Assembly: GCF_036321535.1 (NCBI RefSeq)
Contig: NC_087437.1
Location: 77,192,001 to 77,256,000 of the forward strand
DNA: 64,000 bases
Source: Camelus dromedarius
Taxonomy: Eukaryota
Direction: 5' to 3'
The notes beneath the pieces are model-generated. The model was given only the letters and a program-made list of their open reading frames with translations. It did not search any database and was not told where the DNA came from. This document shows positions 50,141-63,475 of this stretch, piece after piece. How positions within the stretch are numbered: the stretch's first letter is position 1; each line of letters starts with the position of its first letter. The position numbers and the translations under genes were made by a program.

Positions 50141-51088
50141 TTTTTTCAGATACTTCCCCATAATTACAAGATATTAAATATAGTTCCCTGTGCTATATAA
50201 TAGGTCCTTGTTGTTTATCTGTTTTATATACAGTAATGTGTATATATTAATCCCAAATTCCAAATTTATCCCCAACCTTTCCCCTTTGATAATCATAAAT
50301 TTGTTTTCTATGTCTGTGAATCTATTTCAGTTTTGTAAATAAGTCCATTTGTATCATTTTTTTAAGATTCTGTGTCTGTTTTGTGCCAGTATGATACTAT
50401 TTTGATTACTGTAGCTTTGTACTATAGTCTGAAGTCAGGGAGCATGATTTCTCCAGCTTCATTCTTCTTTCTCAAGATTGTTTGGGCTATTCAGAGTCAT
50501 TTGTGTTGCCATGTAAATTAAAAAAAAAAAATTGGTTCCAATTCTGTGAAAAATACCCCTGGTAATTTGTTAGGGATTCCATTGAATCTGTAGATTGCCT
50601 TGAGTATTACAGCCATTTTAACAATATTGATTTTTCCAATCCAAGAACACAGTATATTTTTCCATCTGTTTATGTCATCTTCAGTTTCTTTCATCAGCAT
50701 CTGATAGTTTTCAGAGTACAGGTCTTTTGCTTCCTTAGGTAGATTTATTCCTAGGTGTTTCATTTATTCTCTTTGACACAATGGTAAATGGGATTATTCC
50801 CTTAATTTCTCTTTCTGGCATTTTATTTCATTGAAATATATAGAAATGCAACAGATTTCTGTATGTTAATATTGTACCCTACAACTTTACCAAATCCATT
50901 GATGAGCACTAGAAGTTTTCTGGTGGCGTCTTTAGGCTTTTTTATGTATAGCATCATGTCATCTGCACAAGTGACGGTTTTATTTCTTCCTTTCCTATTT
51001 GGATTTATTTTATTTCCTTTTCTTCATTGATTGCTGTGGCTAGGACTTCCAAAACTATGTTGAATAAAAATGGCGAGAGTGGGCCTCC
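49991..51088 (-). mobile_element. Artiodactyl-type L1: ORF2 RT segment joined directly to the 3' UTR
   Basis: ORF 50518..50763 reads [49 protein letters not shown] (L1 ORF2). 3' UTR spans 49991-50370. Confidence 0.93.
50081..50137. repeat. Compound (GT)n(AT)n microsatellite within the L1 3' UTR
   Basis: Read directly from the sequence. Confidence 0.95.
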
Positions 51089-52249
51089 TCCATAAACTTC
51101 CCCTGTTAGCATCCAGTTGGTACTTTTAAACATACACTTTGTGATTTCCTCTAGTATTTTTTCTACAGTCCTCTGTACTGTTACTAGCTTAGTGCTGTCT
51201 GAATCTTCCTATCCCATTAAACTAAGCAGTAGGGAAAGCCATACAAACAGCAGGGACTCCTTACATTTGTTGAATGAATGATTGTTCGTGTATGCATAAG
51301 TGACCCATTTTCCTGGCATACAACCCAACCACAATTATTTAATCTCTATTTTCTCTAATTCTGACCCCTTTGTGTGAATTCTTTATGAAGTGGAATAACA
51401 AGAGTGTTGATTTTTCCTTTAAAATGTTATCGAAATACTCACTTTAACCACACTGGAAATGTACGTTAAACTCTAAAAGGAGTCCTTCATTTAAAATGGT
51501 GAAAGGGAAATTTCACCCAACTCTGTGGTTCTCAAATAGGCCATTAGACTTTCCTTCTGTCAATATTTATGTCGCTCTATCAGAGTAAGAGATTGTTCTG
51601 GCTTGCCTTAAAAAACAATATAAATAGAACCTGTTCACTCTTGAAAATCTGTTAAATCACACATTTAGTGTTAACTGGTTTAGACATTAACATGGAATGT
51701 TGAGAACAATGCTCAACATGCCGACAGGTTCACTGTCTGCATGATCCTAAATAGAATATTCCTGTTAGCTGATCTCTATGTAGCTAGAAGCCAGGGAATG
51801 TGTATAATAATAGCACTCTTTTCAGAGAAGCAAGACAAACATTTTCAAAAAAAAAATCACATAGTAAATTAGTAAACCAAAGACAGGGCCTAATATAGAA
51901 AAATTACTTCTTTTCTTCTAATTTAAATATAATAATTTGTTCTGTCCCCATGTGTAAAACAACTGGCCACCCTAAAGAGATCTGAAAAATAAATGTTTAT
52001 ATTTCTTTATTCAATCCTGTATTTATACCATCTTTTTCAGTAGGCAAAATGAATAGGCAGTTCATTTGTTCTTTTAATATTTATTGAGTTACTGCTCTAG
52101 GCTGTAATCTCTGCCTTTTTTACCAATTCTGAATTTATCCTTGAGCAAAACACTGAGCTTCCCTCCTTAAATCATTCACAGCTAGAAATCACTGACAACT
52201 ATAGGCTTAATTCCTTCTGTCCTTTTATTTCAGACCTTCACCAGTTTGT

Positions 52250-52500
52250 ATATTTTTTTAAAAAATTCTAATTGAGGATATATATACACACACATATACA
52301 CATACACACACACACACACACATAGACACATACACACACAGAAGATGCACCACTCTATTAATTTTCAGAAAGAAAACACATGCATGGACTCATCAGCTAG
52401 TTCAGGAAAGTGAACAATACCAGCACCTCTGACACACTCCATTGCAATCCCACCTGGACTCCATCCTCCTTCTGAAAAGGTACAATCACTACCCTGATTT
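52250..52500 (-). mobile_element. Old L1 3' terminus with CA-rich microsatellite
   Basis: 'ctaattgaggatatatatacac...aattttcagaaag...gaacaataccagcacc...atcactaccctgattt'. Confidence 0.6.
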
Positions 52501-52659
52501 TCCTTTTTTTTTTTTTTTTGTAAATTTCTAAAGGTCTAACTGTTGTGTTTACCTGAAACTCTCCATCTGGTTATTAGTATCTTGAAGCCTATTAAGCACA
52601 GTTATTTTAGGATTTCTGATAACTACAGTATCTAGTTCTCCTATGGGTCTCCTGTAGGC

Positions 52660-52971
52660 CTTCCTCCTGAAGCCCAGTAGTTGCTGGCGATTCTTGGCTT
52701 GTAGATACGTTAACCCAGCCTCTGCCTCCATCATCATATGGTGTCCTCCCGGTGTACCTTCACATTGCCTTTCCTTTCTGTGTGTCTGTCTCTGTGTCTC
52801 TTCCCTTCTTCTCATAAGGACACCAGTCGTATTGGATTAAGGGCCTACCCTACTTCAGTGTGACCTCATCTTAACTAATTATATCTACCATGATCTTTTT
52901 TCCAAATAATAACACATGCTGAGGTTCCAGGAAGACCTAAATTCTTGGGAGACACTGTTCAACGCAGTACA
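52660..52971 (-). mobile_element. MaLR LTR, partial (MLT1C/B-like)
   Basis: 'ttcttggcttgtagat...taaggacaccagtcgtattggattaagggcc...gacctcatcttaactaatta...gacactgttcaacgcagtaca'. Confidence 0.88.
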
Positions 52972-53439
52972 GTGGGATGACCAAGCACAGTACTCAGCCT
53001 TCGGGTTCCAACATTAGCCAATCAGATTCCTGGAGGATTTTATATATTAAAACTAGTAGAGAGGATTTCTCACTTTCTTCGTGGATCACCACAGGGAGAC
53101 AGTGTAAACCTGAAACCTTTTTAGGTAATGTTTTCAACAGAATGAGGCTAATATAAAGAGAAAAACAAAACTGAGTGATGGGAGGAAGGGAGAGTTTGGT
53201 GAAGGGTGTGGAGGGAGAGAAAGATCTGGAATTCCTGAAACTCAGCAGAAACAAATAAATCCCTTTATTTATCTATGAGGATATTTTCTGCTACTGAAAA
53301 TTGTTGTTTCTCTTAATAGAGAAGATTTTCAATAGAACAAAGCACACTTCACTATATGGCAATTCTGAATCTTAGGGAGAGGGCAAGTGAGAGACAGAAA
53401 TGAAAAATACATTCAGTATAGCTATTGTTATATAATACA

Positions 53440-53890
53440 AACTTTATGAAGTTAAGATTGACAGTTTTAATCATTGAGGCTGTTTCCAGTTTCTTATTCC
53501 TCAAGTAGCCTAAATGTGTACCAATGATGGAATGATTAAATAATGCAATTTGTATTCTGGATGTTATGATGCAATCAAAATGGTGAGGTAGACCTATATG
53601 TACTTATATGGAGAAGGCTCTATTTTTATGTCAAAAAACAAAAAGTCATGGATCGCGATGTGTATTTTGCTGCGTTTATGAGAACTGTGCCACACATGCA
53701 CGTGCACCTGCACACACACTTAGAAATGTACACTGGAAAGATATTTATGAAACTGCTAATACTTGCAGCTGGGAAATGTGGGGATGGAGAATTTGTGGCA
53801 GAGATAAAAGAGGATTTCTAATTTTATCATTCTATGTATTCTTTCTTCATATTTCTATATATATTTTGTAGTACTTGCTTTATTAAAATT
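53440..53890 (+). mobile_element. Old L1 (L1ME-like) 3' fragment
   Basis: 'cctaaatgt...gaatgattaaataa...tatgatgcaatcaaaaatggtgaggtagacctatatgtac'. Confidence 0.55.
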
Positions 53891-55334
53891 AAACAGGTCA
53901 ATGACACGAAAGGGAGTAATCTTGGCAGAATTTCTTGCCTTCTTTGGTAGTCTGCATTTTCCTTCATTTTCATGTGCTCCTGTAGTTGTAGAGACGGGTG
54001 CCTTTTGAAAAGCATATATGTGTGTCACACATATAAGGACCTGTAGGGAACAAGAAGGTATCAGCAGTGAATAAAGAGGGCTGAGCCGAGACTGATGTGG
54101 AAAGAACAGGTTCTCTATCTAAAGTGAGTAAGTGTTCCTTAGCCTCAGGCTGTTGCTGCCGTAGGGCCATTGTGAGCAAGCATTGTGAATCTTTGTGTGT
54201 GCTTCTTGGTGCACATTTGTCAGTCTGTGGGATACATTCCTAGACGTTGTACTCCTGGGTCAAAATAAATGTGCATTTTAACTTCTAATTGGTGCAGCTG
54301 AACATAAGTCAATTATTGTTACTGCTTTAACATTGCTAAATGCTAATGGCTTCCCTCTGATATTTAGGTGAAGTGTAGATCTGATTAGATCTTGTGAAGT
54401 CTCCCTAAATGTAATGTGGCATTTTTACTTAATAAGAAAATTGGCTTTGGTTATGTTCTCCCTAAGTGCAAAGTTAAACTGTTTACTGTCAAAAGATAAA
54501 GAAGAATGGCATCTGCTGCTCCCTTTGCCCCCGCACACATCAAAGGTGGGATAGGGCTGTCTCTGAAAAGTAGTCCAGACGTCTTTCACTTATGATGAAG
54601 ACAACAATAGAGACAGAACTGATCTTCATTGCCACAAATCAGATGCCTTGAGGAGAGCCAAGTGGAACAGAAGCGAGGCCCTGTGCCAAAAATCCTAAGA
54701 GGCAGGAAGTGCCTTGGGATGGGCTCCAGCTGCAGCGGAAATGTGAGAGGCCTCAAATAGTTAAAAGGAAATAGTCTGCCAAGGAGAGACTTGTGTATTG
54801 CAGGATGTGTTGCTACAGAGAATTTCTCCAGCTCTTTGTTGTTAAGTTATTTAATACTGTGCATATCAATTTTCTTTTTACTGAGTTTTGCTGCATGAGA
54901 TGGGGGAGAGGCTATGGTAGACAGATATTGATTTCATCTATTCTGCTGATGCTGCACCGTCTCATCTTGCCTGTAACATCCCCATGAAAACATCATTGAA
55001 GGGTCAATGAGCTGTAAAATGGTTACTTTTATCCTCCAAAATAATATTTCACTTATGTCTATGTTTAGAAACTCATACAGTATTTCAAGGACATAGATTT
55101 ATTATGAAATGTAATCTTTGCACTTAGGGAAGGCATATACTTTTATTAAGGAAAAATTTCATCCAAAGGGCAAATATAAACAGAGATTAATGGATTCATC
55201 AGTTTACAATCTATATATTGAAGGAAAAGGCAAATAGCATTACTCCCGCTAAAAATTCTGTATTCGATAGAATGAGCATCAGTATAGTGTCACCTTAAAT
55301 GAAAATAACCAGTCATGAAATGTAGAACAGTCAT

Positions 55335-56180
55335 AACAATAGCTTTTATTTGTCAGGTACGTACAATTTGAAAAGCATTTTCACACACCCTAACTTGTAA
55401 TTTATGCCGATTAGCAACCTTGTGAGTTTTTCAAAGTGAGTGTTAAATCTGATTCACTAATGTTACCTCAAGTCCCTCTGTAAAAAGGTCGGAGTATAAA
55501 ATTCAATAAGCAATTTTGAGATTAGGAAACTGAGAGGTTAAGTGTATTAGCTAAGGTCATACATACTAGTTCGTAATAGAGCAAGGCTTATTGCACTTCT
55601 GCAGGGCTCAGGGGCAGAACGACTAAAGCCCTTCTTGCTGTTATCCTCTTCAGAGAGTGTGTTCTTTCTTGTGAGCCTTTTCTCCCGCTCACCCTGTCAA
55701 TAGTGGGCACTGTGAGTTCAGAGCCATTCTCACAATAAGAAACTTTCCTCATACTGAACTAGTTACTGTCATTTGACATTAGCTGTGCTATTTGGCTCCA
55801 TTGAAGGAAAAATATTTTCAAGTTCAAAACATAAAATATACATAAAAAGGTGCAATAGAGCCCAAATAAAGGTGAAGAGGGAATTAAAAAAAAAAAAGCT
55901 ATCAGCTTTTAATGAGCTGACACCTGTCAGGCCAGGAGAATTTGGTGTGATGAGAAGAACACAGGTTGGTTATCCAGCTTGGGTTTGAAACCTGGCTTTT
56001 CCATTTCTTGTTGTGTGAAATACGATCAAAATACTTCTTAGCTATTTTGAGCCTTGATATCTTCAATGATAAAGTGGGAGTGGTGACTGCTGTATAGTGG
56101 GGTATTTTTGAAGAGCTAAAATAATACATGTAAAGTGATTGTACTTCATAGGTGCTTCATAAATTGCAGCTACAAGTAAT
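55335..56180. mobile_element. Two MIRs (minus about 55335-55600; plus about 55940-56180)
   Basis: 'ggaaactgagaggttaagt...aaggtcatacatactagt' and 'gggtttgaaacctggc...catgtaaagtg...cataggtgcttcataaat'. Confidence 0.7.
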
Positions 56181-56365
56181 ACAGTATGAAATCCCCTTGC
56201 TGAGTTGAATTAAATACCATGTGATTTCCAGAATACATTCTGATGAGTAAATGATTTATCAGAACTTTGGGGGAAAATAAGTGAGTATTAAGACTTAGCA
56301 AGTATTCACTAAAATCAAATCATAATATGTCAAAGTCACTTTCTTTATAAAGAGTAATGCTAGAT

Positions 56366-56684
56366 TGAGGGTCAGCCATCTAAAGCTTATGGGTCACATC
56401 TGCCTGTAGCCCATTGTTGTACATGCCCTGAGAACCAAGAAAATTTTTACATTTTTAAATGGTTGGAAAAAAATCAAAAAAGATATTTTATACCCTCTGA
56501 AAATTATATAAAATCAAATTTCCATGTCCATAAATAAAATTTAATTGAGACACAGCCACATTGCGTTATGTCTAAGGCAGCTTTCCCAAGGTGACATGGT
56601 TGACTAGTTGCAATAGAGATCACATGAGCTGCAGCTAAAATGTTTTCTGTTGGGCTCTTTACAAAAAAAGTTTGCAGACCCCTG
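56366..56684. mobile_element. MER58B-like hAT-Charlie MITE
   Basis: 'tttttacatttttaaatggttggaaaaaaatcaaa...tgtccataaataaa...acacagccac...ctctttacaaaaaaagtttgcagacccctg'. Confidence 0.88.
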
Positions 56685-56829
56685 CATTAGAACATTAGGT
56701 CAGAGAAATACCCCAGATACAGTGTATCTGTATTTCAGAAAATGCTTAACAAAGCCACCTGTGAAAGGCAGCTAACGCTTGGACAAACATAAGAACTTTG
56801 CCTCTATATTCTGGACATATCCCTAGGAG

Positions 56830-57170
56830 GTGCCTGCCCACTGTGATTTTATTTCCCATGCTCCTTTCTTCTTGATGTGGCCATGTGACAAGTTTTTGTC
56901 AATGACATATGACTGAAAATTGTATATATTTATATTTATATATAATTTCCAGAGAGAGCTTTTAAGAAGCAGGAATTCTTTCTTCTATGCACTTTACCCA
57001 GCAGGCCCTAGCGGATGACAGAGCCACAAAATTTAAGTACCCTGGATCCCTGGATTGCAGATGGAAGGGAGTCATCTGCCTACAGAAAACACCAGTTTTA
57101 GATTTCTTTTTTCAGTAAAAAGTAAAATTCTATTTTACATTACTGAAACTTGGGGAATTTGTTCTTTAGT
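56830..57170 (+). mobile_element. Old MaLR LTR (MLT1J/K-like)
   Basis: 'gtggccatgtgacaagttt', 'gatgacagagccacaa...cctggatccctg', 'ctgaaacttggggaatttgtt'. Confidence 0.6.
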
Positions 57171-57419
57171 GGTTCTCTAATTCACTCTTAAGATGTCTTC
57201 TTGAAAAAGATAAGGCGGTGGGTATGCATAACAATACTTAAGTGGATTTAGAGATAACTGTACAGAAACAGGGTTGGTTAATCAGTTGATGCCAACATGA
57301 GTGGAAGAGGTGTAGTACCACAGAGTTCTTTCCTTGGTCTCATCCTAATAACTAGTTTTATGAGACACAATTAGCTATTTAAAATGTTTTAAGGCTGCCT
57401 TTGGAAGAGTAGTTTTGGA

Positions 57420-57680
57420 TTTTTTTTCCCAAAGGTCCAAGTGGATAGAGTTATTGGAACAAATAATAGTGAGACAGATTTTAGCTCAGCATGAAGAAGA
57501 GTTAAAAATGAAAGAGATAGCTGCCCAAACAGAGTTACTTGCAATGTACTGTGCTCGCTACAAAGTGTTGAAGTAACAGATAGTCATCATTAAAATTGGC
57601 AAAGAAAATTCTGTAATTATACATGAGGTTAATTACTCTATTAGATTAATAATTACTCGAATTCTTCCTAACTTTTGGTT
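57420..57680 (+). mobile_element. L3/CR1 3' fragment
   Basis: 'gagacagattttagctcagcatgaagaaga...agctgcccaaa...aagtgttgaag'. Confidence 0.5.
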
Positions 57681-58059
57681 TTTTAATTTCATCATTAAAT
57701 ATTTTCGTGTATAAATCATACATTTACCATTTAGTTTTAAGAAATTTAAAGTCAAGGAGATGAAAAGGCAATTCTGCTACTTTGGTTTTCCATAAATTGA
57801 CTGTATGCACAGGTCTTAAACATACAATTCAAGGACTCTTGATTGTTACTCACTTTGTCAGTCAGTAGATGAAGTACCCTTGGGAATACGAAAATAGGTA
57901 GGAGGATTGGTGTATTTGTTAGGATGTATCCATCTGCAAGTAAGATATTAACAACTGACAGGGGTTTAAATAATACAAATATTTAATCATTTCACATAAA
58001 AGAAGTCTATACCTGTCTGAGACTGTGCAAACTAAGAGATCAAAGTCACTATAATATGC

Positions 58060-58560
58060 ATTGACATATTAGTAATTAGGTAGTAAAACATTAACATCTT
58101 GTACCCTCTGATATAATACACTGTAAGGGACTCGGTTTTTCTGGCCAAAAATGTATAGTCTAATTATGAGAAAACATCCAATAAATCTAAATTGTAGGAC
58201 ATTCTACTAAATAGTTGACTCGTAGTCTTCCAAAGTGTGAAGGTTACAAAAAGCAAGGAAAGACTTGAGAAATTGTCACACATTGAAGGAGACTAAGAGA
58301 CATAATAATTAAATTCAATATAGTAACTTGCAGTGGATCCTGGAAAAAAAAGAAAGACAATTGCAGAAAAACTGGAAAAATCTAAATATAATCTACAGTG
58401 TAATTAATAGTATTATACCAACATTAATTCTTAATTTGGTAACTTTATTATGGGTATGCAAGATGTTAACATTGGGAAGAGCTGGGTGAAGGGTACACAG
58501 GAACTCTCTGTTATTTTTGTAATTTCTCTATAAATATAAAATTATATCAAAAGAAAAAAG
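58060..58560 (+). mobile_element. L1MC-type 3' UTR
   Basis: 'ggacattctactaaatagttgac...aaggaaagacttgag...ttgaaggagactaagagac...gggaagagctgggtgaagggtacacaggaactctct'. Confidence 0.8.
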
Positions 58561-58689
58561 GTGCCAGAGATGTAGTTCACCTGTTCAGATGCTGTGTGGT
58601 AGCACAAGAACATCATCAAGGACTTAAGATTTGTTTCTACTTTTCCGTTCGTAATCTTCCATGTTCTCTTCTTTTCTCTAAGCTTAGTA

Positions 58690-59167
58690 TTGGGTATTCT
58701 CTACTGCACCTCATATCAACATATTTCCTTCCTGTTCTGTTCCTGGGCAAGATACTTTCTATGGATGACACCAACTGGATCTCCCTGCCCTTTGGCTTCC
58801 AGTTGAGTAATGCCAGCAGGAGTTCTAAGTGCAAGAAGAGTGGGAGGTTATGGTTTTTATTCACCTGGGTCTTTCCATTTTAGGCTAAGCTTTGTAAGAG
58901 CCTGAGTTCCTCCACCCATGTCCCTGATGACAGCTCCTGTAGGGTACCTCTCCCCTCAGGCTATCGTTAACAACCCCTTTGTGTTCTGATGAACACTCCT
59001 CCTCTTGCATCTTCAAGCCCACTGATGGTAATGGCGCCCAGCAACCGCAAGCCCAAGATGCTAGCTATTCCTTACAATTCTCTTTTATCTTGCTCATATT
59101 TTATTCAACTTTCAATTACCACATTTGCATGTGCCATATGATACTTGCCTAAACTCTGACTGATACA
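58690..59167 (+). mobile_element. ERVL LTR33-like element, within an old MLT1 remnant (about 57910-59230)
   Basis: 'ctccctgccctttggcttccagttg', 'gatggtaatggc', terminus 'tgtgccat...ctctgactgataca'. Confidence 0.75.
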
Positions 59168-59379
59168 TCACCTCATCGTCACAAAATAGTCCATTTTGCC
59201 CCAAGCATCACATATTCTTTCCTTGTAATTAGAGGTGAGAGCAGTTAGTGCCTGTTGGGCACCAAAAAAAGTGTCTGTTACAATGGTTTCAGTTCTACCT
59301 CAGTCATTCACTAGTTTCACAGTATGCCTGGCACACGGTAAGTGCTCAGTATTCTCCTTCTTGTTAATAGATTGTTAAT

Positions 59380-60260
59380 CCTGCTGTTGCTCAGGATAAA
59401 TACTAAAGAGTCATCCTTTACTCACTTTTTCTCCAACCCTACAGCCAGTATGTCAGCAAATTCTATTAGCTCTGCCTCCAAGATACATCTAGAACCAATG
59501 AGTTCTCACCCTCTCCACCATCACAGTCCTAGTTCACCATCTCTCCTTCAGATAATTAAAACTGTCTCCCTGCTTCAGTCCTCCCCTCCCTTCTTCTTTC
59601 ACACGTAATCAAATTGCGATCTCCGCAGTAGCCAGAGAGATGTTTTCGGGTGTAAGTCAGATCATGAACTCTCCCACTAAGAACTCTCCCAATTCAATCA
59701 AAGGAAAAACCAGAGTCCACGACGGCCTGTAAGGTTCTATAAGATCTGCCTTCTTCCGCTCCTGACTTCTCTCTTCCCTACGCACTGTCAGCCACACTGG
59801 GTTCCTTGCTGTTGCTGAAACAAACCAAGTGTGCTCTCCTCTTAGGGTCTTCGTTTTTCTTTCTTCTACCTAGAAGTTTCTTCCACTAGATACCTTTCTT
59901 ACATGTTCTCTTACTTCTTTTAGCTCAAATGCCAGCCTTCTGTGACCAGTCTAAAGAAATTAAAATAAAACTCTTTTCTCATCATACCATCAGCACTCCT
60001 AATTCCATTTTTCTTTACTTTTTTTCCTGTAGAACCTACTTACTACTTAGGAGTATATGTGTTTTTCTGTACATATACTTGCATTTACATAAATAACATG
60101 TGTGTATATACACACATACATTCTGTTTCTCTCATTAGAATTTATCCTCCTTAATACCATAGATTTTATTCAGTATTATATCCGCAGTGCTAGAATGGTG
60201 TCTGGTACCTAGGAGGTACTCCATAAGCATTTCTGAAATGAATGTATGAATATGAATTGA
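59380..60260 (+). mobile_element. L2 (L2a-like) 3' portion
   Basis: 'gtcagcaaattctattagctctgcctccaa', 'gtaagtcagatcatg', 'cagccacactgggttccttgctgtt', 'cagtgctagaatggtgtctggtac', tail 'gaaatgaatg'. Confidence 0.9.
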
Positions 60261-62589
60261 ATGTAAATCTAGACAAATGCTTTTTAAAGGTTATTTTTCC
60301 CCTGGGATTTGGGGAGATTTCTTCATGTGAAGGAAGCAGAGGGCAATTGAACAAAATGACTTCATTGCCCACTGAAGTAGCTCTCCAGAAAAGGGAAAGG
60401 CACTGCTCATCAAGTATTCCTTCAGTATTCCTCTCACAGAGCCAGCCTGAATGGAGACTTCCCTGGGTAGCCAGAGACAAGTTTTATGGATAGAGTAAAT
60501 AAATTTTTATCGCTAAGTAAGCCAGAATGCAAGCAGGAATGCTTAATGATACTCGGGATGCACCAGGAGTGAATTTTCTCCATTCTTCATGCATTGCTGA
60601 CATGTCAACCTCAGCGCTTCACACTGACTGAGGACCTAGTAAAACAATGACCAGGTCCCTAACAAGGGCTTTTAAGACTAGTTTTGAAACCATACTAGTG
60701 AGAAAATTTGCTTTGATAGGCATATTAGCCCAGAGGGTGGCCTGGATTTGAACAAATTCCAACTTTAAGGCCCTGTTTTCTGGCTTCTCATCTCTTTATT
60801 CCTCTGATTCCTGAGGACACTCCCAAGGGCAGGTAGAATGACTATTTCATATTTCATTAAAACTCCACCCAGGTATGCCTGAACAAGTGGAAGACTGCTA
60901 GAATGCCTTTGGTTCTGAGTATCCACATTCTGATGGTTCAGAGAGGTAACAGGGAAATGACAAAGTGAAGATAGTACAGTCCCTTTCTTGTACTCTTGAT
61001 GCCCAAAGCAAGATTCAGTTAGAATTTCTCCTCTGTCATTTAAAACCTTTTTATAGCAATTACCACCACCTGAATCTTGGGCACAGTTTTCAAGCTGGTG
61101 CAATTTACCTTTCCTTAACTAACTTTGTTCTGCCTACTTCTCTCACAGCTTGGGGCCTTCTCTCCTCTCACCTCCCACACCCAAATGTTCACTGTCCTCA
61201 TGTGGTTTGTGACTGTCCTAAAGCTTCCACAGAGACAGCGCACACTCGCCTCTCCTCCCACGGTGCGACACAGTGCTCCTCTAAGTCTCCCCGGGGGGCA
61301 AAATATCTATCCTCTTCTAACTTGTTAGAACACATATTCATATTCTGGTCATAGTAATTTACCCAGAATGTAAGTTATTGATGGACCTAACCAATGAAGT
61401 CAGTATTTGCACTTTAAAGAAAAGCCTAACAAATGAATTAAATGTTGTGTGACTTGTTAGCTCTGGGGAAAACAGTACTGTTTTTTATTTAACTGAGGAA
61501 GAAATTAAAGAATGCAATGATAAAGAGACCATTTAGGAGGGTCTTGATTCTCTCTAAATTTATGACTAAGATGAAAAACTTAGCAATAGCCATTATTACC
61601 AGATGTGCCTCTCCCTGCCTCCCCTCCTCCACAAGGTGGGACTCTTTATAAATAGGCCTGACATGAAGAGTTACAGAGATGAATGTGCATGCCGAAGGGA
61701 TTGACTATGATGTAGCTGAGATCTGACAGCCAGACCAGGTGGCCACTCTAAGTGGGTGTTCTGACCCTTTTAACACTTTCCACAGGACATTCTGTGACAG
61801 CTTTATTACTCATTTGAGACACTGAGGAGGAGTGTCTTCTTACTCATTTACAGAAACGTTAAACAATTAGCCAATGTGATTTCTAAACAAAGAGCTTTTT
61901 TAAGCAGAGGATGTATAGATATTACATATTCTGTCTTAGTGCAGACACCGAGCCTATCTCAGAAGGAGACAGGAATTTTGTAGAACCGTCACTTAATGAG
62001 CAACAAAGTTTGTTGCTGATACAGAGACTCAGGCCCCATTTGGGGATTTTTCATAGACTCTTGCAGAACAGGTAACAAGTATAGGTTTGATTAAGAAAGT
62101 CTGCCTCTTTTTTTTTTTTTGCATCCATTTTACTGCTAGCACATCCCCTTCCACAGAAAATAACTGAGTAGAAATCAGACCTTGATACCCTCCTCATAGA
62201 GTCTGGCTGCAATCAGTTGCAACTCTTAGGGGAAGTAATATTGCTGTCAGTTTGGGTTCATTCCTTTCTTAGACTATCTAAGAGATATATTTCAGTACTT
62301 TGAAAACATACAGGCAGTTTAAGGTCTTAATATTGTTCAAAGCAAATTATTAATAATAGCAAAACAACAGTAAAATTCTTCATTTTGATAATTGTTTACA
62401 GTAACTAAACAATGAAAACTTTATTGTTTTCTGATGAGAATGTTGCAAAGTTTGAGAATCCATTTTTTTTTCCTGGATCTAAACACAAGGTGATAGGCTA
62501 AGGTCCTTCTAGTACATACTTTTCTTTGTTATCTTTCAAAACACTAATTATTTAACACATTAATTTTTTTCTCATGTGATAACATAGGC

Positions 62590-63129
62590 TGTGTCCATTA
62601 TCTGTTGCTGTGTCAAAAAATTATAATTTAATAGCTTAAGACAAGAATAAACGTTTCTTCTCTGATAGTTTTTCTGGGTCAGGACTTTGGGAGCAACATA
62701 GATGGGAGATTCTATTTTGAGGTCGCTCTTAAGAGGTTGCAGCCAAGGTGTTGGCTGGGACTGTAGTCATCTGTACATTTAACTAGGCAAGGAAGGCTTC
62801 AAGCCAAGATACCCGACTCTCATAGCTGGCAAGTCGGTGCTGGCTGTCTGCAGGAAGACTTAGTTCTTCACTACGTGGACCTCTCCGCTGGATGCCTTGA
62901 GTATCCTCCTTAGGTAGTTGTTGCCCTTACACTGAACAAATGGCCCAAGAGAGAATAAGGCAGAAATCACAATGTATTTCATGACCTAAGCTTGGAAGTC
63001 ACACACTTTCGCTCTGCCATACTCCATCGTTCACAGAAACAGACTGACAAAATGTGGGAAGGACTATCTAGGGCATGAATGCTAGGAGGCAGGAATCATT
63101 GGGAACTATCCTGGAGGCTGGTTGCCACG
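62590..63129 (-). mobile_element. MaLR solo LTR (MLT1F-like)
   Basis: 'ctgggtcaggactttgggagc', 'gctggcaagtcggtgctggctgt', 'ggaagtcacacac', 'atcctggaggctggttgccac'. Confidence 0.85.
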
Positions 63130-63306
63130 TAGCAACAAGCTGGAACAATGACTAGGATGGAGTAGATGTGCAAAAAAACATTAGTGGATAATTTTTTTGA
63201 TAAAGTGAGAAAATGAGAAGCAGAAATTGGAATGTCCAAAAGGGCTGAAGATACTTGAATGAGCACCAGCTTGTCTCCATGTTCTGTAAACAAAGAAGAA
63301 AATTTT

Positions 63307-63475
63307 TTTTTTTTTGAGAAATGTTTTCTCCTTTTTATTTTTTATTTTTTAATTTTTTTATTTTTCTTTAACATTTTTCTACCAAGTTACAGGCATTCTG
63401 CAATGTTGTGTCAAATTCCAGTGTAGAGCACAATTTTTCAATTATACATGAAGATACATATATTCATTGTCACAC
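63307..63475 (-). mobile_element. Camelid-type L1 3' terminus with a double A tail
   Basis: 'caatgttgtgtcaaattccagtgtagagcacaatttttc...tcattgtcacac'. Perfect 9-bp TSD gaaaatttt at 63298-63306 and 63476-63484. Confidence 0.88.

Larger units (their letters stand above)
49720..51281 (+). mobile_element. L2 remnant interrupted by the L1 at 49991-51088
   Basis: 'tgctgcatttgacacaattgac' upstream; 'tcctccataaacttcccctg' and terminus 'catttgttgaatgaatga' downstream. Confidence 0.65.

Noticed and set aside
50518..50763. Reverse-transcriptase-like ORF (also 4819..5079, 33167..33433 and 3588..3785)
   Set aside because: These are broken L1 ORF2 or CR1 remnants, not host genes or a retron/defence-type RT system.
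60765..61354. Overlapping 112-aa and 129-aa ORFs in non-repeat DNA
   Set aside because: Non-ATG starts, no recognisable motifs and no convincing splice context. They are consistent with chance ORFs.
61999..62017. Short perfect inverted repeats (here, and at 10874-10896, 12549-12573, 16756-16795 and 56705-56736)
   Set aside because: Stems of 8-10 bp are expected by chance in 64 kb of AT-rich DNA, and they share no motif or spacing.
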